In this document: in pieces, positions 1 through 10,484 of the stretch
How positions within the stretch are numbered: the stretch's first letter is position 1
Layout: every line of letters starts with the position of its first letter
NCBI GenBank assembly: GCA_009859145.1
Contig: VRVR01000019.1
Location: forward strand, 93,073 to 157,072
Direction: 5' to 3'
Length of the DNA: 64,000 nt
Origin: Andalucia godoyi And28
Lineage: Eukaryota; Protista; Jakobida
The notes under the pieces: generated by a model
Databases searched by the model: none
What the model was told of the DNA's origin: nothing
The model's input: the letters and a program-made list of their open reading frames with translations, nothing else
Made by a program: the position numbers and the translations under genes

Positions 1-3000
1 GCAACGCAAGTCCGAAAAGAACAGCGAACCAACAGAGAAACTCGTCGTCAAGTGCAGATCAAGAGTTCCAGAGAATTGACTCGACAAGTAACTAGGCTGG
101 TTTGTAGATGAGAAATTTAGAGGTTTCATCACCGTAAAAGGAGCTTGTGGAATGTCAGAAAATGGAGACAATCGCAGAGATATTGAAGTCCCTTGAGGAG
201 AGGCGTCGGGAAGCATCAGCGACGTGGAAATAACAGGAGAAAATCCACGAATCGAAATCCACGTTGCACCAAAGACAATCCAGGCATCCAAAAACGTCGA
301 CGACAATACAATTCTTGACCCACCAGTCCATTCAGAAAAATCAGGAACCAAGGATATTTGTGGAGGGGAATCCAGCAATTGCAGGAGCGCGAGGGAGCTT
401 GTGGTTCTACGCGCATCAGCTGAAATTGTTCTGAGAAGCACAGCAGAAGTCCCAATGGGATGCTCGACGACGGAAAACGGCACAAGGCCCCAATCTCCAC
501 AAACAACCAGAGCAGAAGAAAGGAACTGAACACTACCTGTAGCCCACGCGCTTATGAAAGAAGACGGAGACGAAAGAGCACAAACCGCGGAAATAACGTG
601 CAGGTCTCGGCCTCGAACATAGAAAAACTGGCCATTGAGCTTTGAAAGAGTTTCTACAAAAACGAAATCAGGAAAAGTGGATTCCACTCGAGCTTCCACA
701 ATAGAACTTCGGAAGACAGCGAGCGTAAAGACGTTACTGTCGTGTACCAACTTCAGAGGTGCGGCAAACGAGGGAGAGATTGTCGAAACGTCACAGTATA
801 CCACCGAGTGGCTTACGTGCCAAAAAGCAGAAACAAGAACTGAGTCAATATCACAGAAGAATGAAAACCTACCAAATATGCTAGCGAATGGAAACAAGTT
901 TAGATCATGCAACACTCCAGAAGCATCAGCAGCTGTCACTGCAGAGGAGTTGAATGCAGGAAACATGTCGATCACCGAATCCAGGAATGGTGGAAGCGCC
1001 AAAATGGTCAGGAAGTCGATATGCTTCAATCGAGGTGCAAGGCAAAAGGAAGTCTCAATGCTGCCATCTCCAATTCGAGACTTTGGTGTCTCCAAAACGG
1101 TCCTTGTCTTTCCACCGAAAACACAGCGCAAGGTGTTGCGCAGAAACGATGGAAATACAATGTAAACGGATGAACCTCCGGAGTCCAGCAATAATTGTGA
1201 CGGCTTTGCAATTTGAGGTGTGACGTCACTCCTGAAGACGAGTAAAGTTGCATTGTTGTGCATTGACGTACATACTCCGTCCTGGATACAGATACTCAAT
1301 GAGACCACATAGGGGACCTCATGCCCTCGGTCGCTCGCAGGAAAGCGGCACAAAACAGAGGACGAAGAAACGAACAACGACGAAGTCGGTGGGAAATGAT
1401 TCAATGCCTCAGAAAACCAGTGGCATGATCGCTGAGGTTGGTCAGCGATCATGAAATTGCTTCCGATTACCGTCACTACTGCTTCGGATTTCCCAAGAAC
1501 AACAGAATTCATAACAGAATACAGCATCGGCTGCGAGGCTAGATAGAATGATTGCAGCCCAGAAGAAAACTCAAATTCAAAACCATCCATTGACAAGTAG
1601 ATCGCAGAAAAGCCAGAATCTAACGAAGATAATGGGATACTAACCACTCTTGACCAATCATCTGTTGTGGTTTGGGCTTCGACAAAATCAAAATGAAATC
1701 TTCCAACAGCAATAAACACAGTTCCCGATCGAAAACTCTGTGAGAAAGCATCAGAAGTACGGAGCACCAAACTCCTCTCCGAGGACACTGTAGCCGGAGT
1801 CTCGGTGCTCAGCTGAACAGACGAAACATTGGATAACGGAACGTAAAAGGAGACCAAAAAATGACTGCTCCAAAAACTCCGAACATCTGTGGAGAATTCC
1901 AGCAGCAAGATCCCGTCAAAATGGGTCGGAAACCCGGAGGAACAATTGAAAACAATCCTGCCTACCCGACAGCTTCCAGACACCTCCAAGCTTTCGCTGT
2001 TTCCAAACAAAGGGACAAACAGCGTCGTTTCACCATTGCTTGGAGTCCCGATGAACGACGGATGCGTCACAAATGGAGCAAATACGAAGTCCGACATTGA
2101 AAAGAGTTCCAAAGATGGAATACACTGCACATAATCAACCATGTTTGTCGACAGTAACACAACGATTGGATTATCGTAAAGATCTTGAGCAGACTGAGGT
2201 AACGGCGGAGACTCTGCCAACAGCAAAGAGGAACTCACATAGGTGCAAACGCTTACTGCCGAGGATCCTTCCGGCGCAACCAAAGCTTTCAGCACCGCTG
2301 TGTGATCAGGACCGGCAGATAGCATGCTACCAACAACTGTGAGAACTGTTCCACCAGACACAAGAACACGAGACGGAAGTAAGTAATTCACAATTGGTGG
2401 TTCCTTCGATTCGATGGAAACCCCATCGGAGGTGAATGTGCTCATGGAGTCGTATGATATCTCCACCGCGTGAAAACCAGCCTCTGTGACAACGTTGCCA
2501 CATTCAACAAAGGATCCGTCCAGCGGCTGTCGATCCAACAAAAACACAGTAACTCCTACACGACACACAAATCTTTGATCATTCCACGACAAGACTAAGG
2601 CTTGCACATCAGGAGTTGGGACGACTGAGAGTGAAGACGGGAAACCGGAATAAACGAACACCGACGTCCCAGTTAACAGAATGGAGTCAACTCTCGAAAC
2701 ATTGACAAGCGCACGATACAGGATATACAGTGGATCAACTGAAACAACAGAGGAACTCGGGACCGGCTTCGCGATGACTTTCTTCAACAATCCAGCAGAA
2801 TCGGAAATGTAAAGCGAAGGAGATATAAACGTCAACTGGGACGTCAACGCGATCACAATTTTCTCATCCAGGACGACAAATATCGGGTCAGAGTACAAAA
2901 ACTGTTCTCTGAAGGATAAGCCGATAAATTCGCCACCGTTTGCGAGCGTCTGAAAAGGAGAAACGGATCCAAGAACAGGATCTGGAAGTGCAGACAGGAC

Positions 3001-6000
3001 GGGAGGCGACGATAGCGTAATCAAATGCTGTTGGTGATAGAAAGCTAACCTGAATGACCGTGCAGGAAATGTCGGATGGATCGAACAAAGGACAGTCGAA
3101 GAGTCAACAAATTGCAGGATCCCAGGGAATACATCACCGGATACATGAGCAGCACAAGTAACGTACTCGATCGTAAACGAAGAGCCCACGACAGTAACAA
3201 CGTACGCGATATCGTGAACCCACAATGACGAAGGGAAGACAGATTCAACGACAGGTGCAGACAAAACTGCAATGGAGATGGAATCACTATCTGCATCATG
3301 GAAAACAGGGATGTTGACAGACCGAAAACCGGTTTCCAAAAGAGCAGGAACAGTAAACCAAAGGGAAGTCGGCGGATTACCAACGTTATTGTCGTAATTC
3401 ATAGCAGAAAATACAGACGCAACCGTGGATGATCGGCGATCGAACAGAACTTCAATAGAGCCAGAAAAGGAATCGAACGGAAAAGAGGATAGAAAAATGT
3501 GAACGATTTGATCTGCAAAAGCGGTACGACCAAAATTTGACGCAACGCTCGTGTTTGGAGACAAGTATACATTCACTGTCACGGAGCTTTCAAAACAACC
3601 AGAGGGGCTGCACAGTTGAACAGGACAACCCAAAAGAGCCGGCATCAGAAACAGCGAGCCAACAAGACTGGAATCTGAACTGCGATGAACAGTCATGGTG
3701 GTTTTTGAAAGAGCCACAGACAGTGGCAACAACTTGTATCCGTTAACATGAATGTGAAAACTGGAAGCCCCTGAATAGATGAACGGTGAAGCTGACAACA
3801 AAGAAGCTTGGGCAACCGTCACATTTCCTTTTCGATTTTCGAGCAAATCTAAATCGTCAGGCGAATAAAAGGCAGCAGAACACCGAATCAAGGAGCTCGA
3901 TACCCGACGAAACTCCAGTGGGGAGATCTGCGGATAAACAGCAGTGCCCAACATACAGATTTGATTCAGGTCCAATGCGTCCATGAAATCATGTGATGCA
4001 GCTATTTCCTTCAAAAAAGAGAATACTGTGCGCTTTGTTGGTGGAAACACAAATTCTTTTGGCAAAATCCGAACGACGACAGGGTCTTCAAGCAAGCGTA
4101 GCGATTGCCAGGAAGTCTGCAAATGTGATGAACCCAGTTCAAAGAGTCCCACAGAAACGAAACCTGAAAGCGACTGCGGGATAGGACAGGAAATCGAAGA
4201 AGAATCCTGAAACCCAAGCGTCCCAACAGAAAAACCTCTTACATTCCATTCGCATTCCCACAACCGGCTAACGGGGAAGGACACAATCCATTGTACATCT
4301 GCTCGGCTTGCAGACAATGCAACTGATAAATTCGAAATAACATGCGGAAGTAGCAGTAATCTAGAAGGAGACGCTAGAGGAGAAAAACTACTGCTTGACA
4401 TAAGAGGATCAAAAGAAACATCTACCGATACGACTACCGGGGAAACATCTATCGCTGGAAGCCACGGAATCACGCAACCGGGACCCATGGAGATGGTTTT
4501 TCCATTAAATCGGCAAAATAAAACATGAGATGGGGAAAACTGCAGAATCGAAAAAACTTCTGAGGGTCGATCAGCCATGGACAATACAGTGATGGGAGAC
4601 TCCACAGCACTCACCGAAGGAACGCTTGTGTGCTTTGGAGACGGGACAGACACTGTCCAATGATCCAAGGGAAGCCCTGGAAGCGAAAGAGAGATTGATC
4701 GGAATGCGGATGATAGGGATGCTCCTAGGGACGATAACTGACATGCAAGAAAAACGGTATCAGAGGAAAGCACAGGAAGTGCAGGAAGTGCCAACGACCG
4801 GTCAGAACACGAAAATCCATAGACAATTTCTCGACAGAGATTGTCGGTTGGAGAGCAAGACAATTGCATAGAAACCAAGCCCGTTAATGCATTCTTCGAA
4901 GACGGTAGCAATTCAAGAAACCCTTCCCAAGACACGTTGAAAATGTGGAACACAGGTGGAACAGGTACAAGAAAGGGGACCACGGTTCGAAAGGATGTAC
5001 GATGCAAGGAGTACATTGATTGACCATTTGGAGGGATAGTCATCCCTGGAAAAACATATTTGGGTAAAGGAAGGCCGGGATCGCTGAAAACAACATCAAA
5101 CTTGCGAGATTGCAGCACCTCCGGAAGGGGATCTATTTCACCAATGACAGATCCGGGTGAAATGCTCAAAAACAAACGAAATGATGGAGGACCGGTGGAA
5201 GAGCTGGGCAGGATACGAAACGGCACCGGACAAACATACAACAAAGACGAAATAGGAGAAGCTTCGGTGACAAACTCTGAGTCGGATACGTCGCTCGACA
5301 CTTGGGTACCGGAAATGTCCTTGAAGTTGTGTTGCAACAGCGATCGAAAAAGACACCAAGGCCTCCGTGGAGATAACGGATCCCAGAGGAGATGAAATCC
5401 TCTAACCACAATGACTGTCGGAATGATCTGCAAGATATCGTGCAAATGTGGCTCAACAGGATGATTCACAGACATATCCATGACAGCGGTTTCCAATCTT
5501 GTAACAACTCCCTCGGGATCGCCCAATTCCGAGGCAACAGAAGTTGAGATGGTTAACGACACATAACCGTACGGAATATTAGGCGGAATAAAGACTTCGA
5601 TCCAGCTACCTGAGGAATCGTCAAAATTCGACACTGGCAATGCAGTCTGTCCAAGTCTCAACACAGGCATTTCTCGGGAACGCAAAACAGAAACGCCTTG
5701 GAGAAAGTCTGAACGGAAAACGGAAGAAGCCTGGAAATGATCCAAAATAATGTACATGGAGGAGTGTGAAGGGGCAGAAGACGACATTGCATACTTGCAA
5801 TCAGAAAATATTTCCAAAGTGGAATTGCAGGAAACACAGCCGTATCCACTACCATCTGAATACGTCAGAGGAGGACACGCAACACACAGAAATCCCTCTA
5901 ATGGACTGTTCCCTTCAACCCTGTAGGTGAACGCAGGACACGAAGCAGAGGTGCGGCATGGAAGCCCTAACAACGACAACAGCAGCAGCAAAGCCACATA

Positions 6001-6060
6001 AAGCGGAAAGCGTGCAAGGATGTTTTGGTCGTTGAATGCACTTGCTTTTCGCTGAATCAT
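1..6060 (-). CDS. Giant secreted/surface IPT/TIG (Ig-like) repeat protein 2; 5' part only (at least 2020 aa), 3' end lies beyond the left edge
   Basis: Manual translation. The minus frame with plus-strand codons at positions 1 mod 3 has no stop from 6144 down to 1. The first ATG is at 6060 and gives MIQRKASAFNDQNILARFPLYVALLLLSLLGLPCRTSASC, which looks like a signal peptide. A Cys motif (CVACPPLTYSDGSGYGCVSC) follows, then S/V/F/L-rich beta-type sequence with CRFNGKT, SNFGRTAF and CVFGGKT motifs like those of the 32523 gene. Missing from the ORF track, presumably because no stop lies in the window. Confidence 0.88.
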   Translation of the reverse strand, partial: MIQRKASAFNDQNILARFPLYVALLLLLSLLGLPCRTSASCPAFTYRVEGNSPLEGFLCVACPPLTYSDGSGYGCVSCNSTLEIFSDCKYAMSSSAPSHSSMYIILDHFQASSVFRSDFLQGVSVLRSREMPVLRLGQTALPVSNFDDSSGSWIEVFIPPNIPYGYVSLTISTSVASELGDPEGVVTRLETAVMDMSVNHPVEPHLHDILQIIPTVIVVRGFHLLWDPLSPRRPWCLFRSLLQHNFKDISGTQVSSDVSDSEFVTEASPISSLLYVCPVPFRILPSSSTGPPSFRLFLSISPGSVIGEIDPLPEVLQSRKFDVVFSDPGLPLPKYVFPGMTIPPNGQSMYSLHRTSFRTVVPFLVPVPPVFHIFNVSWEGFLELLPSSKNALTGLVSMQLSCSPTDNLCREIVYGFSCSDRSLALPALPVLSSDTVFLACQLSSLGASLSSAFRSISLSLPGLPLDHWTVSVPSPKHTSVPSVSAVESPITVLSMADRPSEVFSILQFSPSHVLFCRFNGKTISMGPGCVIPWLPAIDVSPVVVSVDVSFDPLMSSSSFSPLASPSRLLLLPHVISNLSVALSASRADVQWIVSFPVSRLWECEWNVRGFSVGTLGFQDSSSISCPIPQSLSGFVSVGLFELGSSHLQTSWQSLRLLEDPVVVRILPKEFVFPPTKRTVFSFLKEIAASHDFMDALDLNQICMLGTAVYPQISPLEFRRVSSSLIRCSAAFYSPDDLDLLENRKGNVTVAQASLLSASPFIYSGASSFHIHVNGYKLLPLSVALSKTTMTVHRSSDSSLVGSLFLMPALLGCPVQLCSPSGCFESSVTVNVYLSPNTSVASNFGRTAFADQIVHIFLSSFPFDSFSGSIEVLFDRRSSTVASVFSAMNYDNNVGNPPTSLWFTVPALLETGFRSVNIPVFHDADSDSISIAVLSAPVVESVFPSSLWVHDIAYVVTVVGSSFTIEYVTCAAHVSGDVFPGILQFVDSSTVLCSIHPTFPARSFRLAFYHQQHLITLSSPPVLSALPDPVLGSVSPFQTLANGGEFIGLSFREQFLYSDPIFVVLDEKIVIALTSQLTFISPSLYISDSAGLLKKVIAKPVPSSSVVSVDPLYILYRALVNVSRVDSILLTGTSVFVYSGFPSSLSVVPTPDVQALVLSWNDQRFVCRVGVTVFLLDRQPLDGSFVECGNVVTEAGFHAVEISYDSMSTFTSDGVSIESKEPPIVNYLLPSRVLVSGGTVLTVVGSMLSAGPDHTAVLKALVAPEGSSAVSVCTYVSSSLLLAESPPLPQSAQDLYDNPIVVLLSTNMVDYVQCIPSLELFSMSDFVFAPFVTHPSFIGTPSNGETTLFVPLFGNSESLEVSGSCRVGRIVFNCSSGFPTHFDGILLLEFSTDVRSFWSSHFLVSFYVPLSNVSSVQLSTETPATVSSERSLVLRTSDAFSQSFRSGTVFIAVGRFHFDFVEAQTTTDDWSRVVSIPLSSLDSGFSAIYLSMDGFEFEFSSGLQSFYLASQPMLYSVMNSVVLGKSEAVVTVIGSNFMIADQPQRSCHWFSEALNHFPPTSSLFVSSSSVLCRFPASDRGHEVPYVVSLSICIQDGVCTSMHNNATLLVFRSDVTPQIAKPSQLLLDSGGSSVYIVFPSFLRNTLRCVFGGKTRTVLETPKSRIGDGSIETSFCLAPRLKHIDFLTILALPPFLDSVIDMFPAFNSSAVTAADASGVLHDLNLFPFASIFGRFSFFCDIDSVLVSAFWHVSHSVVYCDVSTISPSFAAPLKLVHDSNVFTLAVFRSSIVEARVESTFPDFVFVETLSKLNGQFFYVRGRDLHVISAVCALSSPSSFISAWATGSVQFLSSALVVCGDWGLVPFSVVEHPIGTSAVLLRTISADARRTTSSLALLQLLDSPPQISLVPDFSEWTGGSRIVLSSTFLDAWIVFGATWISIRGFSPVISTSLMLPDASPQGTSISLRLSPFSDIPQAPFTVMKPLNFSSTNQPSYLSSQFSGTLDLHLTTSFSVGSLFFSDLRC

Positions 6061-9000
6061 CCGGCGATACGAACCGCACAACTGGGAATCGTGAGAAACT
6101 GTCTTTGGAGAACGCACTGATCGATATCGGCAAATTGGATTTTTTTAAAATTCAAGCAAAGAAGAGAAAGCCCAGACAGAGACTGAGAAAGGGGAAGACT
6201 CATAGGACAGCGAGGACCCGTGGTTCCTCTTTTTTGCACGGAAATCCGCCTGCTGTAGTGTCATGAATGAGGTTCGTTGACGCTTTTGATGTCATTCGTG
6301 ACTCGGGTCGGGAATTCCGGATTTGGGGGGCTCAATGCCATTAACGTCATAAAGAGCGGGAGCAGAAGGAGACGAATACGTTCCGCAAATCCGTTTCTCG
6401 ACTTTTGCGTTCAGACGATGAAGGGCCATACCCCATTCCCTTTGCATGATGAGATTTCCTTTGCTGAAATCCGAAAACGACGGCTCCATGATGTAACAGA
6501 CGGACGGTATCGATTTTGAGGACAACAGAAAACACCACGCAAGAAACACAGGATATGGGCAAGTAACTGGAAGAAGGAGAAACAACAGAGAGAGTCTGCA
6601 GACTCTGAAGAACAACGAAAATGCAAATCCAGTTCGCTTCTGCAGCCATGCCGGTCGTCGGTATTAGGTCTGCATCTGCTTGCATATTCACTACAACTGG
6701 TGGAATTCTGCAATTAAAAAAAAAAGAGACGAACCACAGTTCGTGCACTATTAGACACCCGACGGGAATCCCGGGCTCGACTCCAGCGCCACAGCTGGAG
6801 GAAGCGCTCAACAGCTGGATCACTCGACGGTTCCAGGAAACATCGACTGCGTCAAACTCACGTCCATTGTGCTTCACAGCGTGCGTGAGTGAAAGGTGGA
6901 AGATGCAATCCAGCGAGCCAAGACAAAGCTTTCGAAGGCAGACGAAATGAAAAGAAGAAGAAAAGACCCAAAAACATTAAACACGGCACTAAAAAGAATG
7001 CCTATGAGATGCAGTATCCAAAAGGAACATTTTCATCAGATGCATATGAATTCAGACCTGCGGACTCGGAGAACGGAGGGATGCACTTTTTGGCTGAGAA
7101 GAAATAGTTCCAATATATTACAAGTTCGAACGATCTTCAGCAGTGGACAGATAAAGGTTCATGTTTCGAAATGCCAACAAACAGCAAAAAATACAGGAGA
7201 GCACAAGACGTCATGCCTGACAACAGAAAGGACGCCGAAGGTTTGGCGGGAAAAAATGCAACAGGGAACAGATGCAGAAAAACTCAGTAGACTTCGGGCT
7301 TTGCGACCTGCTGAGGGTGGTACTCGCAGCGGAAAGAGCAACCATGAGCATACGTTGAATGCCGACAAGCGTACAGTAATCAGCATTACAATTGCACAAC
7401 AAGCTGAACTGCAGGGGAAATAGCGGAATTCGAAGATTGTCAACAGCGACAAAAAAGCCGAATCGTCAAAAGAGGAATGCAAACGGTGCGTTTTTAACAG
7501 ATTGTGGAAGCAAGTCCTGAAACAGGCAGAGCAAATGCAGAAAAGCTACAAAACTGTATTCAAAATGCTGGCAATTTTGCCAACCCTTGTGCAGTTTGTT
7601 CTGAGAGGATTCGCTACCAGGCTTGAAACAGTGACAGAGAAAGCTTCTCGGTAGATGACCAGCAAACAAAGATAACAGTGCATCCAATTCACTTAGAAAC
7701 AGTTTGGAAGTGAGTGCTCGTTAGAAGCCCGGCGAGAACGAATACAAAGGCCAAAGCTCAACGAAACTCTGCATTAACCAAACGCCAACGACTGCAATGT
7801 AGTGGCGTCACCTGTGCAATCTGAAAAAACAGTATCGCATGCTTAATGCATCGTAGTAGAAACCACGGATATGCCTAGTTATCATGCAGAAAGCAGACGG
7901 TGTTCCCCCGCACTTTCTGGGATCGGATTGTAGTTTGCACAGATAGCAGATGAAGTGTAATCGAAATGTGATAGAAGCGACGAAAAACAAAAAAGTATGA
8001 CAAACGCCCCATTTTACAACAATGAGAGGCTGGTAATTGTCAAAAACATTTTGGGCCTGAATGGCAAAACGTCGTTACAACGTCCAAATCTGGAATCATT
8101 TTCCACAGCAAGGAATGACAGCGGCACCAACTGTTTCCAAGGATTCTCCGATGGAGCAACATGCACCACGTTTCAAACTAGACATCAAGCATTTCTAGAC
8201 CATTGTTCAGCTGCTTTTGCCTTTTTATGCGCTCAGTGGATTTTACAAGACCTTTTATACTATATAAATGATGTGAAGGACTCCGCGCATGTTGTTTCCA
8301 TAAAGTACTGCCGTTGAGTTTTTTCACGACTACTAAATCCAAGAGATGTCTGTACTAGATGCCGATGCTGTTTTCTGCCGGTTTGAATGAACACTTTTGC
8401 ATTCTTGACGAAGCTCATTGAGTGATGATTCTTCGTCTGTTTCGAAGACTTCGTTAAAATCGTTTAGATTTCTTTTCCATCTTTTGTGGCGACACTGATT
8501 TGCAGTGAACAGTCAGACTCCTCTCGTCTGGTTGACATCTGGTTTCCACGATATCAGTATCAAGAGTTGGTCTGATAAGTATATATACTGTCTCTTCCCG
8601 TCGTTGCTGATTTTTTCGGGTGATGGCATATGAACATGGTCTTTCTTTTTCCACTCAACGGGCTGGGCCTCTTGGATGTTGACTGCTGGATTGAGCGTTT
8701 TGCATTCCTATCCCAGGCAAATGACCTCTTTATTTTACAGGAGAGGGCGTTTCGAATGTTTTTTTCCAGTATCAGTATTTGGTTACTGACCAAGTGTATC
8801 CCAGTGTTGAATGAGAATGTGATATCTGGTCCCAGCTAGAACGCAGATGAGAATGAAGTGCGATATCCGACTGCCGGTTTCAAAAATTGTTTCGTTTCTT
8901 GCGATCTGTTTCTTCCGTACAAAGTCTGAAGTGGATGAACTTGCAATCCGGAATTATTTACAAATGATTATGTTAGTATATATATTACAGCCCAAGAACT

Positions 9001-9535
9001 GACATCTGTATTTTTGGAGAGGTTTTCACTGACGAATGCTGACCAGCAGCCTGTTTTGATCAATTCGGATCTCTTGAACGACACTTTTATTAAAAAAATT
9101 GTAAAATCCAATTATCGAGAACAACAAGCAAAAACCTCCAGTGGAAGGAGCATTCCGAGAAGCCACAGAGAGACGACAACGACCTGTTCTGCTCTGACAT
9201 TTTTCACCGTTTTCCCGTCCATTTTTCCTGACTTTTCCCGGTTCTCTCATTTTCGGGAGGATTTAATGGTAAATGCCGGAGAACTCCGCATAGAAGCTCA
9301 TGTTCCTCCTATGGGAATGAATATTACAAGTCTTTCGGGATGAATCGCAATGCAGCTGCATTTTCCCTTTTTTTTGTGGCACAATGTCCTTACCGACTGT
9401 ACCAGCGGCTGGTTTGGTGTTGGATCGACTTTTTATTTTTTCGATGCCTTTTTTCTTTTCCTAATTAGAGGCTTTTCCCGATATTCTTGTTTCCTTTCAC
9501 TTTTGAAGAATTTTTCATTAGCTTGAGTTATTGCA

Positions 9536-10447
9536 ATGGGTCAGAATTCAACGAGAGAGGCGAAGTTGCCAAGACGAGCATCTCCCCAGCAATCAGATCA
9601 GTCTGGGAAGAGAGTTAAGTTTCCTCCGTTCCCTCCAGCGCGCGCTGGAACGTCTCCGACACCAAATAATGCCCCACCTTCATTCGACGACGGTCATTCT
9701 AGCTCACCGTCATCAACTTCGCGAGGACCGTTGACGGCTGGGTCCCCGAGTAATGTAGCAGGTTCTCTTGGAGCGAGTCCCTCCCTCTCCCGTAACCCGG
9801 CAGCTCCTTCTGGGCCTCCGTCGCTGGTTCCAACCGTATTTCGTTGGACTCACGGAGGAAAGAGAGTTTATTTGACGGGAACATTCAATGGATGGGCTCA
9901 AAGAATTCCTTTGAGCAGATCAGGGGATGATTTCGTTGCCATCCTAACACTTGCCGAAGGCTATCATCATTACCGATACATCGTCGACGATGAGTGGAGG
10001 GTTGATCCTGATCAACCCACTGTGGTGGATGGGGGTGTTGTCAACAACTACGTTGATGTAGAAGAGATGTCAAAAGTTGAGAAAGGAAAGAATTCTTCGA
10101 AGTTGGGTTCCAATTCTGAGCCGGAGGTGTTTGAACAGCAGCATCATCGATTCGAAGTTTCGAAGAAGCACCCTCCTTTGCTTCCTCCCCATCTGCGTTA
10201 CACGCCGCTTAATTGTGAGCCTCATCCCGTGGATCCTGTCTTGCTTCCCATGCCGCAACATGTTACGCTCAACCATGCCTATTTTTCTGTGGTTGGAGAC
10301 TCCGCCGATGTTCTTGCTCTTGGAGTCACCCACCGGTATCGTCACAAATTTTCGACTGTTGTTTTATATAAGCCTCTGTCTAACGTCGCTGTATCAGCAC
10401 CGGGAGGAGAAGATATGATTTTGGATGATGAAAGTCTTGTGCTCTAA
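9536..10447 (+). CDS. PRKAB: AMP-activated protein kinase (SNF1/SnRK1) beta subunit, 303 aa
   Basis: N-terminal MG (possible myristoylation). Carbohydrate-binding module PTVFRWTHGGKRVYLTGTFNGW...YRYIVDDEWRVDPDQP. ASC domain PPLLPPHL...LPMPQHVTLNH...THRYRHKFSTVVLYKP. Confidence 0.95.
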   Translation: MGQNSTREAKLPRRASPQQSDQSGKRVKFPPFPPARAGTSPTPNNAPPSFDDGHSSSPSSTSRGPLTAGSPSNVAGSLGASPSLSRNPAAPSGPPSLVPTVFRWTHGGKRVYLTGTFNGWAQRIPLSRSGDDFVAILTLAEGYHHYRYIVDDEWRVDPDQPTVVDGGVVNNYVDVEEMSKVEKGKNSSKLGSNSEPEVFEQQHHRFEVSKKHPPLLPPHLRYTPLNCEPHPVDPVLLPMPQHVTLNHAYFSVVGDSADVLALGVTHRYRHKFSTVVLYKPLSNVAVSAPGGEDMILDDESLVL

Positions 10448-10484
10448 ATTCTGGTTCTATCGTGATGGTAAAACAAGAAATTAT

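Noticed and set aside
6765-6810. tRNA-like T-arm (CCGGGCTCGACTCC) and a 7-bp hairpin (CTCCAGC/GCTGGAG)
   Set aside because: No D-arm, anticodon arm or acceptor stem, and GCTCGA is not the canonical GTTCGA.
8422-8500. GTGATGA...CTGA spaced like a box C/D snoRNA
   Set aside because: No terminal stem and no convincing rRNA-complementary guide; such short motifs are expected by chance.
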